DNA of 64,000 nt from Paragordius varius (taxonomy: Eukaryota; Animalia; Nematomorpha). The position numbers and the translations under genes were made by a program. The stretch is taken from positions 3,596,001 to 3,660,000 of the forward strand of contig OZ176057.1 in NCBI GenBank assembly GCA_964247055.1, given 5' to 3'. Below are positions 26,524 through 41,530 of this stretch, in pieces. Every line of letters begins with the position of its first letter. Within the stretch, counting starts at the first letter, position 1. The notes under the pieces were generated by a model that did not search any database, had not been told where the DNA came from, and saw only the letters and a list, made by a program, of their open reading frames with translations.

Positions 26524-28379
26524 ACACCCGAATTACTTGGATTTATGAATAAATCGGCACTTCAACACTCGGTTACTTCAAATCTTTTGTTGCCTTCACT
26601 GTTATATCCTAATGCTCCTCTTTTTAATGGACATTCATCTAACGATTTATCTATGAACAACACACAAACTGTATCCCATGAGTGTAGTACTTCTGCCGTT
26701 CCAACATCTATTGTTTTGAGCATGAACTCAAACGAATATAATCTTTCCTCCTATTATGGCGCAACCAATACCATGAATTCTTCAGGAACTGCGATGACAG
26801 AAACATTACCACTCAGTCTGACAACCAATGTTACAAGTTGTTGTGATTCAAATCTTAACCAGACTTTACATGGCTCGACCGGGATCCAGCCAAATTCTCC
26901 CGACGAAACTTGTTCTCGGATTAGTTGGCAGGCTCGTAGAGGCTCGGCATGTTCAAACGTATCTAATGCAAGTAGTCAGCCTGCCTCATCCCACAACAAC
27001 AATGGTGGAAACATGGGAATAGACATAAGCTCTATAATGACCTCGGTACCGTCAGAAAATTTTTCTGTCCTGGGACTTATGGAAAATCCAAATCAAGTCA
27101 ATGCCCTTAATCATACCCGAATGCATTACCTTCCGCATTTATCTCAACACTCGGACAACATAAACAGCACGGATGATCGGTTAGAGATTTTGGACGAATT
27201 TTTACACGAACAGACGGTAAAATTTAAAAAAACCGAAAATGTATCTCTTGGTGCATTGGATAAGCAACATTTGGACATTCATTGCAAAAGTGAGAAGTTT
27301 ATATCAGTTCAACAAAACAATGATGACACTGACGATGATATAATAATGGCCGCAGCCCGGGCCATGGCATTTAGGAAAAGCAATTCTCAAAGAAGGGGAA
27401 GTGCACCTTTGACTCTCTGCCACACTACTCATGTATCTCCGCCTTCTAATTTATCAATGACATTCTCTCCAACTCAACCATTAGCAAAAAGGAATGCCTT
27501 TAATGTTATATCATCGAATACCGGTTTGTAATAGTATAAAATATATTTAAGCCACAAAATTTAAAAGCTTAACCCATTCATTAATCGTCAAATACAAATA
27601 ATTATTTTTTCATTAATTTAGAAGATGGTCAATTCAGTATGTTGGTGGATGGAATACCTTGTGAATCAAGTTACAAAGAAACATATATTCCCCCTGCTCC
27701 TCCTCCGAATCCTGCAAAAACTCCTCCACGATCTCATAGCACGAATTTTCTTGAAGTGCCATACCTATTTAATAGTCCTGTTAAATCATTGTCACCGGTG
27801 GCAACGGCGCCTGGTGGTGTTGTTGGGAAAACAACACCCCCACAACCCCTTGCTACCAGTAACATGAAACGATACCCTTCCCCATTAAGCGTAAAGGAAT
27901 ATAGCCCATTAATAAATTTTTCAACTGGGCGACGAATTCCATCCCCCTACTTTGGGACACCGGTAAATGTTCCAAAATATTCTAATCAAAATCAAATCAA
28001 CACAGCACCTAATTCGTTTAGGAGACATACGGCACACAATATCTTTGATGACCACCAATCATATTTTCCCGGTAACCAAAACAATTTAAATAAATACCAT
28101 GAAAACATTCATCTGAGTTCAAACACTCCAAATCCATTTGAAATAAAAAATAAATTACGAAATGAAGAATTTTTTAAAACTACAAATGAATCAATTGGTG
28201 CTACTATGTTTTGCGATGAACCAAATCCTAATGATTCGAATAAAATAACAAATGATGATAAAAATTCTTTTTTTACCAGTGACAATAAAATTGATAGTCA
28301 TCAACAGCATCCAATCAATATAAACCCAAAATTTAAGAACATTGATAATAATCCTTTTTATCAGTTTATTGGCGAATAA
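26524..28379 (+). CDS. Probable MEF2 exons 5-6 (long S/T/N/P-rich C-terminal region)
   Basis: Exon 26524-27523 has a phase-0 TAG acceptor compatible with the exon 4 donor at 22259. A 98-nt GT-AG intron (27524-27621, phase 1) joins it to 27622-28379, which ends in TAA. Long stop-free frames in very AT-rich DNA indicate real coding sequence, but no recognisable domain proves it belongs to MEF2. Confidence 0.65.
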
Positions 28380-29289
28380 TATTAGGAAATGAAAATTTTA
28401 TTGCCTTTAACCTATAAAATACCTCTTTTTTTGAAAACTTTGATAGTGTTTTGTGTTTATATAATTTTATACAGTATGCATATATAGTAGATATTTTACA
28501 ATCACTAGTCATTTTTACATAGTTAATAGATTGATAAATAGTCAACTTGAATGCACGTACCACTTTTAATAAAATTAATTTTAATTACTATAGATAATTT
28601 AAAAAAAACGTCTACAACATACAAAAATAATTATATCATAAAATAATCTTTCAAAAATCATAGCACAATTTTTTATACCAAATAAAACAGTTTTACTTAT
28701 TATATTTGAATTATATCTGTGAAATCAACTATTGCTCATCCATTTATTAAAATCATAAATGTATATGTATAATATATATGAACATATTTTATAGTAATAA
28801 TAATTACAAATTATGTTACACCTAACTATTCAACAAAATTTATTTTATATTTTTGGCCGGTATGATTTTTTTATGTAGCCTTATTATTAAATAGTACATA
28901 TATATATATTCATATTTAGATGTTGTAACAATAAAAAAACCAAGTCCGATTCGCTATGGATTTATATAAAATGGTCATTGCAATATTTTGTTTAATAAAT
29001 TTTAATACTTGATATATATATATATATATATATATATACCAACAATATTTTTTATATATTTTTATTATATTGAAGATATTTATATACATAGTTCCACAAT
29101 ATAACATCTTGATAAATTATATAAATTTTAGTGAGAAAATTTACAAAACTATAGTGTTTATGGGCGTATAAGGAATTTACTGGAAATTGCTTGGTACACG
29201 GATTAATAACACTAGACAACAAATTTTAACTGCCAATTTTGTAAATTTAAAATTCACTTTATTAAAGTACGTAAATAGTATATCTGGAA

Positions 29290-29830
29290 AAAAATGGTAT
29301 AACACTTAATATTTTTTAGGTATTTATAAAAATTGGCCTCGAACATTAATTTCGAATTATCAAAATTAAAAGTTTTAGAGATATATAGCATGTATTTTAT
29401 AAAATTCATCGCAAAAAACTGAATCTTATGAATGGTAGTTATAAAGTTATATGACGTCCTATGGCCAAATTTTTAACCGATATATAAGTGAAAAAAATTT
29501 ACAAACAAACTAATTAAATACAAATAATTTTAATTATTCGGGTCACATTATTTTTTTAAAAGATATAATTAATGGCCGGTTTGAATGACATAAAAGCAAT
29601 AAATACCAAAAAAACTTTTTGGTGATATCTTTTTAGACATTCATTGCCATCTAACAAAGTTTGAGTTATTTCATCCATTAATTTTTAATAATATTTAAAT
29701 TAAGAAAAACGTTCTCGCTTCGCGGGTTTGTCGCTTCTATGTCCAATATTAACTCTCGATTTAAAACATAATATGTATTTTATAGCGGTTTCATTAATCT
29801 TTCGAATGATATATTACAAATGCGCTGTTG
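29290..29830 (+). mobile_element. Family I unclassified dispersed repeat
   Basis: Reverse-complement homologue of 44012-44720 (e.g. TTAGACATTCAT...AACAAAGTTTGA, CTTCTATGTCCAATATT). Confidence 0.6.
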
Positions 29831-30019
29831 TATATTTTAAAGAAAAACATTTTTTCGTAAAATTATGTTAAAGAGGGCGCATACAAATTATTAATATATA
29901 AGAAAAATTATATTTTTATATATACAACTGTTAAATGTTTGTAATTATCAGAAATTGCAAAAAACTCGAATGACAGAAAAAATTTGTCTAGTGTAATGAA
30001 AAGCCTATACGCAAATAAA

Positions 30020-30215
30020 TCCAAAAACAACTTTGGCATAATTTTCATTAGAATGTTAAAAAATTGGTCTCGTTATGCGGTATCATTCCTTACAAATACG
30101 TGATGTTTGGAAAGGAAGAAGGGCAAAAGGCGAAGCCGACCTCATATGAGATATTTAAACATAATAAAATAGCAAACTAACATTACATTGATACCCTATA
30201 AGAGAGTAAGAAATG
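30020..30215 (+). mobile_element. Decayed RTE-clade LINE 3' coding relic
   Basis: Broken frames give FGII.IR, then LERKKGKRRSRPHMRYLNIIK*, resembling the RTE C-terminal motif FGH..R...LEG..EGKR.RGRPR.RY.D.I. Confidence 0.5.
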
Positions 30216-30239
30216 GGAATAAACAGTTCACACTATAAT

Positions 30240-30975
30240 TTATATATCAAAATAAAAATAAAAAATATTTTTATTTTTTCGTTTTTCTGTCATCTGGTGT
30301 ATGAGTCTATAAAAAATTTATGCTGTTTATTTTGGAATCTTACATGAGTGGGAAATATAAACTATATTATTTATGCAGGATAAGGTTTAAAAGTAGTGGA
30401 ATATCAACCAAAAAGACTTACAAATCCCTGAAATTTCACCACAAAGTTTTGTGTTATGTAGATATAGGTTGATTTTTCACTACTTAATTTTATTTTATAT
30501 TAATTTATATACTTAATAATTTTCGCTCAGAAATAAAACAGTTTTTTTATACCGTCATAAACTGTGAAACAAAAAAGTGAAAAAATAAAAAAACATTTTT
30601 TAGATTTTGAGATATAAGTTTTTTACTGAATAAAATATGAATGTCAAGTTGATAGTGAGTTTAACTAGCACGAAAAATTATTTTAATATAGTTTATAAAT
30701 TTTTTTTGTCCTTTTAGTGTGTTAAAGAAAAATATCTCTTGACCTGAGATCTCAAAGACACCCTATAGGCTATTTATATATTGAAAACTCCTAAAATGAT
30801 AAAAAACCATAATTTATATTGAATTATCCTTAATTTTCACTTTTTGCCCGATTTCGATTTTATCTCAATATTTCAATAGCTAGGTCGTAAACAAATAGAA
30901 ATTTAAGGCAAATGAATAGGCTGGTCATAAGAGCTACCCTATAAAAAACTATTTTGTTAAATATTTTTGCACACA

Positions 30976-30978
<3 letters not shown>
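30240..30978 (-). mobile_element. Family F element, opposite orientation
   Basis: Ends TTTTTGCACACAGT(A) against a (TA)n tract. Reverse complement of about 24976-25720. Confidence 0.8.
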
Positions 30979-31017
<39 letters not shown>

Positions 31018-31040
31018 GATAAATATCAAATAACTAGCTA

Positions 31041-33140
31041 GCCCTGTCACAATTCTCTGTTAGTCTCTCCAATAATTATTCTTGATAATTTGAAATAAAT
31101 AGAGGTAATGGAGATAAATAATAATAAAAAACATATTAAGTAAAAGAATGTATTTAATTATTTTTTTACGGGTTTTCGCATAGGCTCGAATATGGTTTAG
31201 ACCATATTTACACTGTCCTTTATTAAAGTTATTATTTAGCTATTATTTCATGTATTTCAAGATTTTCGTTTTAAATCATGATTCAAAGTTTTATGTAAAA
31301 ATTGTGCTCATACTGCTGGGATCAAGGGGTATAAAAACATATCGTTTGTGGTCCCTTTTTAAGGGAAAAATGTTTTTATACGAATTCCTCAGAAATGTGT
31401 TTAACTGAACTCGTATGGCTTCTTATTGAAAATTCTCCAAAACCACGGCATTTTTGTATAGGGTCTCAGTTTTACACCGGTAGGCCCCTACGCATAGACC
31501 TGAAAGAAAAGGGCTAAGTTAAATTCTTTGCCTTTATAGGGCAAATATTTTGAATCATCTTTGATACCATTGTCTTATGGGTTATTTAAAAAAATACATC
31601 AACACTATATAATCCTTATATGATGGAGTATTTTTAGGGCTTAAAGGCCCCAAATTAAGACTAGGAAACGCCTGACTTTATTTTTTAGATTACAGGTAAT
31701 ACTTCAAGCTTTTAATGAGCTCATGTGGCTTCATAATTCTTCTGTAAATTAGCTCCAAAACAACGCAATTATTATATAAAGGGGGAATATCTGGGATTAT
31801 CATGGATTCCATATGTTTCTATAAGTTCTTGGTAGTATTGCTTCAAAACAAAATATGGCGGCCCATTTTTCAACGCGTAAAGCCTTACTTAGCCACTCAT
31901 TTAAATAATCCCCTATACTAAAATATTTGTTTTTAAGGGGTTACAAATTATTTTAGGCCCTTATTGGGCTCACATATTTTCATTGGTTTTCGAAAATTTG
32001 GCACCAAAGGCATGCTGTATCGATAAACGCGGGTAGCCCCCAAGCCAGGGGAACAAAAAGCGCTCGATTATTGCCTCAATTCAGGTAATACCTGTTATAT
32101 TGATACATATATGGGATTTTCGAAAAATTGCTTCAAACCATTAAGTCAATCTATGATGCCACATTTTTCAGGGCTATCAATTAAAGGTAATTTTTAAAAC
32201 CGCTCTACTTAAAATATTACCTTTTTACGGGTATTATTTCAGGCCCTTATTAAACTTAGATGGCTTGATATGTTTTTTATTTGTATCCAAAGTCACACTG
32301 AATCGATATGATGGCGTAGTTGTAGGCGGGTATCCCCCTACCCAGAGGCCAAAATAAACGTTTGATAAGAAATTTTGCTATAGGGGAAATCATCATTTAT
32401 TCCATATGTTCTTGATGGTTTTTTCGAAAAATGGGTTCAAAACTAAATAATAGTTCAATAATAGCGCATTTTTTAGGGCGCAAAGGTCTGAATTAACGGC
32501 TAATTAAAAAAAACCCGTCGACTAAAATTTTCCTTTTTACGGGAGATATTTTAAGCACCTTGAACTCATATGGCCTGATAGGTTTTATGAAATTTATCCC
32601 CATATGAACGCTTTTTGATATGACGGGGCAGTTTTTAGCGGGTATCTCCTTACCCAGCAGCCATATAAAAAGAATACACACCTAAAATTTTTGCCTTTTA
32701 ACAGGAAATTCCTGAAATCCTTATTGTATTATAGTCTCATACCTTGGGAAAAAACGAGATTCAAAATATTATTTTTGTGGACTAATTTTTTTTGAAAAAA
32801 ATAGCGTTTTACGGGAGAGGCGGGTAAAAAGAGGGCCTAAAAAAACGAGCGGACTATGTTTGCGCAATCGAAAATGAGTAAAAAAAAATCATTGAAGTAT
32901 AATGGTCTAAAACACGTTTTCCGAAAAATTGTCTCAAAGACACAATTTTTGTGGACTTCCTCTTCCAAAAAAACCGTTTTTACAAGAGGTGGACCCGAAC
33001 AGTGGGGCTAATTTAAAAAAAGGGCGAAGCTTGTCAGGGATTCATTTATTATTATTTTTTTCGATATGATTTGAATGGGTCTCCCGGTTTTCCAACAGTT
33101 CATAAAGCCAGTATTTTCCATTTTTATAAATATATAGATT
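31041..33140 (+). mobile_element. Family E unclassified repeat with degenerate ~300-bp internal tandem units
   Basis: GGGTAGCCCC-type motifs recur at about 32031, 32330 and 32640. The 3' block (TTTGAATGGGTCTCCCGGTTTTCC...TTTTCCATTTTT) is shared with the other copies. Confidence 0.7.
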
Positions 33141-33439
33141 ATAGATATTACAGACTTCAATGTGTTTAAATAGAATATAATAAATATTTTTTAATATAGC
33201 CTTTTTTTCATAATTACTTACATTATCATCAGATATCAATGCCTAAACTCAGCAGTTAAAAAGTTAGTACGGAGTTTCGGAATCAATATCTTTTTGAGGT
33301 TTATCATCCTGCAATCACAAATTCTATCAAAAGATCTGCTTTATTCAAATTAACATTGAAAAATTTGCCTATTAAATTATTTTTTAAATAACTCTTGTTA
33401 TGAGGGCTCAATTTTTAACAATTAAATATTAATTTTCAT

Positions 33440-34745
33440 GATCTCTTAAATCGGTTATCCAATTCATGTTGCAAACCATTCCATACCTGTGCCTTAACCC
33501 AAAAACTTTGGGTCGGGTGATAAAAAATTTTTTTTGACTTGACTTGCAAGTTTTTCAAGTCATGGCTTGCTTTCATGTGATAAAAAAAATTTAACATTAG
33601 GGCACTTAAGTCAAGCGAGAAAACTTAATAAGGAGGTGATAAAAAATCATATGTTCAAGTAAAACTTAAAGATTTTGCAAGTGTGGTGTAAGGCACACTT
33701 GACAGATTTAAAAATATGGATAAAATTATTTTGGAAACTATTTATATACAAAATTTAGGTTTTATATGTAATTTAAACCTTTATTAATTCTATAAATTGT
33801 TATTTGATAAATTTTGGCTAATTAATCTATACATTGGGTGGATACAAAAGAGGTAAATTTATAGAAAAACTCTGCTAATATTAAATAACATGGCACATAA
33901 AAATATGCTAAATATATCAATTCTCTGACCGGAAAAAAAATTGGATTCTCGAAAATTTCTTAAAATTAATAATTAAATATTAATCTTGTGATTTCAATTC
34001 ATTTAAAAGCAAAACTTCACTTTTATCCAATGTAAAGAATTTATTTCATCATAAATTTATTTCGAATCTATTGTTTATAATCAATTAAAAATAATTATGT
34101 TATATTGTGTAAACATCTTCCCATTATATTTGCAACTGGACTCCAAACAAAATAAGTAGTGTGGTAAAATAATGGAAAGCTTTTTAAGGGCGAATGGTTT
34201 CATCAATCTAAAAATTATTACCAAGCTCACAATTTAGAAAACTCCATATTATATAAGATACGTGCCAGTGAGTTTGAAAAACTTCAATAAATGCATATTG
34301 TATTTATTGTTTATCTTTTTGTGTTTTATTTCATAAATTTTAGCTGAAAATGATCAAAAAAATTTCCATAAAATTCGAATTGGGTGGCAAAAAACTCTTA
34401 GATTCATAAGCAAAAGACTTGACTTAAGTGTTTTTTTTATCGATCTTCAATTTTACACTTGCTGGCTTAAGTAATCTTGCTCAACTTGCCACGCTTGGCC
34501 TACAAGTCAAGTGCGACTTTTTTATCACCCCACCCTTTCACTTGAAGAAATAATCCCTATATCTGAATCTTCTGTGATTTGTTTTTGGTTTTCCAGCATG
34601 GGTTGATATAGAAATATCCAAGTTTTCACATGAATTGGCGTTTTTTATGGCTTCCCCGTAAAGTTGATTCCGAATATCTGATAATTATATAATTAAGGAA
34701 TGAAAATCTTAAAATGCTTAATTGAAATTATGGGATCTTGCAATC
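33440..34745 (-). mobile_element. Possible decayed non-LTR RNase H relic split by family D insertions
   Basis: Minus strand at about 33505-33440 reads FWVKAQVWNGLQHELDNRFK (compare WVKAH.G..GNE.AD.LAK). A YSEST-like stretch at about 34680-34650 resembles YSDS.S.L. Confidence 0.35.
33510..34535. mobile_element. Family D copy
   Basis: ttt|GGGTCGGGTGATAAAAAA...TTTTTATCACCCCACCC|ttt. A 3-bp TSD and GGG termini suggest a PIF/Harbinger- or Zator-like origin (inference). Confidence 0.9.
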
Positions 34746-34748
34746 TAT

Positions 34749-35767
34749 GGGTGGGGTGATAAAAAAATTTTTTTACTTCACTTGCAAGTTTTTCAAGTCA
34801 TGGCTTGCTTTCATGTGATAAAAAAATTTAACATTAGACGACTTAAGTCAAGCAAGAAAACTTGATTCGGAGGTGATAAAAAATCATATGATCAGTTAAA
34901 ACTTAAAGATTTTGCAGTGTGGTGTAAAGCACTCTTGACAGATTTAAAAATATGGATAAAATTATTTTGGAAAGTATTTATGTAAAAAATTTAGATTTTA
35001 TATGTAATTCAAACCTTTGTTAATGCCATAAAATTTTAATTAATTTTAGCTAATTAATTTATTCATTAAGTGGATAAAAAAGAGGACAAATTTATAGAAA
35101 AGCTCTCCTAATATATAAGAGCATGGCATATAAAAATATGCTAAATTATCTATTTCTTAACGCAAAAAAATTTGATTCTCGAAAATTTCTTAAACTTAAT
35201 AAATAAATTTCAATCTTATAAAATATCAAATCTTAGTTTATTAAACGCTAAAGGTTACTTCATTATTAACTAATGTAAAGAACTTATTTCGTCATAAATT
35301 TATTTCGAATGTAATGTTGATAATCAATTAAAAATAATATATTATATTGTAAGAACATTTTCCCATTATATTTGCAACTGGACTCCAAAAATAAGTAGTG
35401 TGGTAAAATAATGGAAAGTGTTTTAAGGGCGAATGGTTTCATCAATCTAAAAATTATTACCAGGCTCACTATTTAGTAAACCCTATATTATTAAATAAGA
35501 TATGGAGTGAGTTTGAAACACTTCAATCATATTGTATTAATTGTTTATCTTTTTGTGCCTTATTTCATAAATTTTGACTGAAAATGATCAGAAATGTTCC
35601 CATAAAATTCAAATTGGGTGGCAAAAAACTGCTACATTCATAAGCAAAAGACATGACTTAAGTGTTTTTTTATCACCGATCTTCAAGTGACTTTCTGGCC
35701 TAAGTAATCTCGCCCACCTTGCCACTCTTGGCTTACAAGTCAAGTGCGACTTTTTTATCACCCCACC
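34749..35767. mobile_element. Family D copy
   Basis: GGGTGGGGTGATAAAAAAA...TTTTTTATCACCCCACC, in the same orientation as the copy about 210 bp upstream. Confidence 0.9.
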
Positions 35768-36599
35768 AAGTATCAGCCAGAAAATTGTTGTTCTTCTAAA
35801 TCAAACTGATCACATCTTGTTTCACTAGCATATGAAATATTTTTACCTAAATCTAATATATAAAATCATCTATTCACGCAACAGTGGCATTAACTTGGTT
35901 ACATCAAAAAGTGCCAAATGTGTTTCTGATATGGAGCACCTACTATAAAAATATAAATAACTTTTTTAAACTCCTCAGAGCAATAGCAAAAGCATCATGA
36001 TAGTCCTGATACATTTTCATATTGGGAGATATATATTTCATCTTGTTTTTTTTTGTGGACACGGATATTAATGCTTTTGTGGAAAGCATTAAGCTAACAA
36101 AGTTTTATTAGGATAGTGAATTTTGCGATTATATTTTACCACAAAAATCCTAATACTTTTCTGACAGAAAATATATCAAATTTTACCATTCCCCCAAATG
36201 CATTTATTTAGAAATCAGACGTTTAATTCGTGTTAAGAGCTATCCAAATTTAATTTTTAGTTAAAAACTGTAAATAATATAAGCTCTCATATCTAATAAA
36301 GGAAAGGGAATGATCATTAATTTATGACCAAATTTTTAAGAAGTTTATTTACGAGCAAGCCCAGGGATTCTCTACATAAAAAGAAATATAAAATTGGGAA
36401 TGCTTCAATAAACAACCCGATAATTAATAAATGCTGAGAATTATGTGCCATAAAAAAATTTTTAGGCTTTTCAACATATCTTAAATTTTCTTTTGTAAAT
36501 TATAGGCCATAATGTAAGGATTTTTTACATTTATTCACACTTTTGTTTTTCCTCTAACGACTAACTGCATGTTTGCTAATTCGGCCAAAAATACACCAA

Positions 36600-37150
36600 A
36601 CATTTAAAATATAATTTAATAAATCATTGTAATTCCAAATGTTATTAAAGTTTTAAACATTTTTCTAACATTAGATTAAAACCCCAGACTATATTTTAGT
36701 TAATATTTTTAAAAACCTACCGAATAAATGGTTTCAATTCAAATTTAAGCTTTAAAAAAATAATCCGAAATATCTAACGAAAATTTAGTTTGAAAAAAGC
36801 TCCATATAAAACTACTTCCACCATTTAAAAACATTTTCGCATTTAATTAAATTAAATAAAACTAAAGCTAAATTTTATTAAAATCACATCTAATATTAAT
36901 AAAAAGAGAAAAAGTGGTTAATTGTTATAATAAAATTTACTTAACCCACACACCTTATGTTAACTAAATTTTTAATTTTAAGTTTTACCATAACTATAAT
37001 ATTAAGTATTTTAATTATGATATATTTTGGATTAATGTTATATAAGTACAAATTTTTGCCATGGCTTTTTGGTTTAGTTTTAACCAAGCAAAGAGTAAAA
37101 CCCCACTTTGAATTGAAAACCGAAATGAATTTGTTGTATCCAATTGTTAG
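36600..37150. mobile_element. Family H remnant ending about 100 bp upstream of the RPS9 start codon
   Basis: Colinear with 45720-46290 (AAAGCTCCATATAAACTACTTC...CCCCACTTTGAATTGAAAACCGAAATGAATTTGTTGTATCCAATTGTTAG). Confidence 0.65.
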
Positions 37151-37238
37151 GTAAGGATTGAATACAGATTGACATGCGATTTCGTTCAAATTATTAAAAA
37201 CACATATGATTTATTGTGTGTTCGCATAAGCTTACTGA

Positions 37239-38964
<1,726 letters not shown>

Positions 38965-39599
38965 ATTAAAATATACGAAAAATTATTGTTTAATTAATAA
39001 ATGAACAAAATTAATATTACCGCTATTTTTTATAATATTTGGATTGGAATACTACGTTTATGATGGAACTTTAGTGCTAAAAGGCTTTGAGCATAATATG
39101 AGCGATTATGGGAATAGGGTAGCCTTGTCGCATATCATGAAGAATATTTGTTGAATCTAGATAATAATGAATGAATAAAATTGATATTTATAGTATTTTT
39201 GTGTATAATTTTACGTCACAAAGCGTAGAACTAGAGTGATGATGGGTAAAATAATATGTAGCATAACACGAAACATTAATATTTATTTTATAGAAAGTTC
39301 GATTAATCGTATATCATTCGATAGCTAAAAACCTCAGGATAAGGAATATCCAAATGATATATAAGGTTAAAATATAAAATAAAAGTTATTTTAATTCATC
39401 ATTAGCCAAAATAACGCATTTTTATCGCATACTAGCACAAATCTCGAAATGCTATCCAGCCCGAGGAAGTCTTTCGGAATTCTTGGGGGAGGGGGTATTA
39501 ACTATATAATATTAAACCCTGTGGGATTGAGGAAGCAAAATTGCGTTTTACAAATCCTATCAGATATTATTGTATAAAGAAAAAAGTTGTCTTGCAGAA

Positions 39600-41530
39600 A
39601 AAAATTATAATGATGGTATAAAACCCATGAATTAATATAGATCATCTCATGGATTATTTGAAAAACTATCTCAGCATTAAATAATCTTGATATGATGGCG
39701 TATTTTTTAATAAAAAACGCCTGACCTTAATATTTACGTTACAGGTAAGATTTCAAGTTTTTAATGAGCTCTTGCTTCATAAATATTCTTTATATTAGGT
39801 TCAAAACCCAACTTTTATATTGTGTACAGTTTTTCGGGTAGCCCCTTACCCAGGGCTGATATAAAAAAGCGTTTGGCAAAATTTTATATGGAGAATATCT
39901 GGAATTATCGTGGATTCCTTTCCTATAAGTTCTTGGAAATATTGCTTCAAAACTTAAAAAATGTTATATGGCGGCGCATTCAGGGTGTAAAACTTAACTT
40001 GGCGACTCATAAAATTACCCCCTATAGTAAAATATTTGTGGGTCATAAAAATTTTAGACCCCTATTGAACTCATATAGTTTCAAAGGTTTTCTGAAATCT
40101 GGCTCCAAAGGCATGTTGTATCGATTTGATGACGCAGTTTTACCGGGGTAGCCCCCTAACCAGGCGAAACAAAACGACGCTTTTTGCCTTAATTTGGGCA
40201 ATACATGGAATCATGTTTGATTCTTTATGCCATCGTGGGATTTTAGAAAAATTGCCTCAAACTCATGGTGGCGCATTTTGCAGGGGAAAGGCCTAATTAA
40301 CGGATAATTTAATAACACCGCTCTACTTATATTTTTGCTTTACGAGTAATATTTCAAGTCCTTATTGAATTCATATGGCCTGATCAGTTCATTTGCCTCC
40401 AAAGTCACGCTCTATCGATATGGTGGCGCAGTTGTAGGCGGGTAGCCCCCTACCCAGAGGCCAATATAAAAATATGTTCGATAAAAAAATTTGACTTTAG
40501 GGGCTGGAATCATCATATATACCATATGTTCTTAATAGTTTTTGGAGGAATGGCTTCAAAACTAAATAATAGTTCAATGATAGCGCATTTTTTAGGGCTA
40601 AGGGTTTAATTAACGGCTTATTATAAAAAGGCGCCCCACTTAAATGTTTGCCTTTTACGGTTAATATTTTAGGCCCTTATTAAACTTATTGGTTGAAATG
40701 TTTTCTGAAAATCTCCTAAACAACAGATATGGTGGCTCGGTTTTAGTCCCCAGGGAGGCTGATACAAAAAAGCGCTTGATTAAATTTTTGCCTTTTTCGG
40801 AGAAAACATCGAATCATGATTGACATATCTCTCATTAGTTTTTGGAAACGCCTCAAATCTAAAATATCATTCTATGTGGCGCATTTTTCAGTGCGTGAAG
40901 GGCCTAATTAACGGCTAATTTAAAAAACCGCAAATCTAAATTTTTTGGGTAATATTTTAAGCACTTATTGAACTTATATAGCCTGATAATATGTTTTCTG
41001 AAATTTAGTTCCCAAAGGCAACCTATTTCGAAATGACGAAGCAGTTTTTAGCGGGTATCTGTTTACCCAGCAGCTAATATAAAAAACGCACGACTAAAAT
41101 TTTTGTCTTTTAACAGGAAATACCTTGAATCCTCATTGAAATTTTACTGTCTCATACGGCAAAAAATAGATCTAAAAAAATTATTTTTGTGGACTTTAAA
41201 AAAATGGCATTTTATAGGGAGAGGGTAAAAATAAGGCCTAAATTAAAAATGCGAGACTGTATTCGGAGCAATCGAAAAAATGCAAATTAAAATTATATCT
41301 GAAATCGAATGGTCAAACTTGTTTCCCGGAAAATTGTCTCAAAGACACGATTTTTGTGGACTTGTCTTTTCAAAAAAACGTACACGAAATGGGCCCAAAC
41401 CTGGACCTAATTCAAAAAAGGGCGAAGCTATTGTCAGGGCATATTAATTATTTATTTTTTCGACATTAGTATTTGAATGGGTCTCCCGGTTTTCCAACAG
41501 ATCACAAAGCCAACATTTTCCATTTTTGTA
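39600..41530 (+). mobile_element. Family E copy
   Basis: Colinear with 31570-33130. Unit motif at about 39836, 40146, 40440, 40750 and 41052. Confidence 0.75.

Noticed and set aside
26828-27867. Overlapping alternative-frame ORFs (26828-27022, 27625-27867) as dual coding
   Set aside because: Short off-frame ORFs are expected inside the relatively GC-richer exons, and they have no independent support.
35925-35950. FYSRCS read as a decayed RNase H FYTDGS motif
   Set aside because: A homologous snippet at about 46644-46666 shares the same bases and favours a different frame (F I V/L G/S A P Y Q K), so the reading is not reliable.
39085-39145. Hairpin downstream of RPS9 as a SECIS or other structured RNA
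   Set aside because: Pairing is weak, it lies beyond the likely poly(A) signal, and RPS9 has no in-frame TGA.
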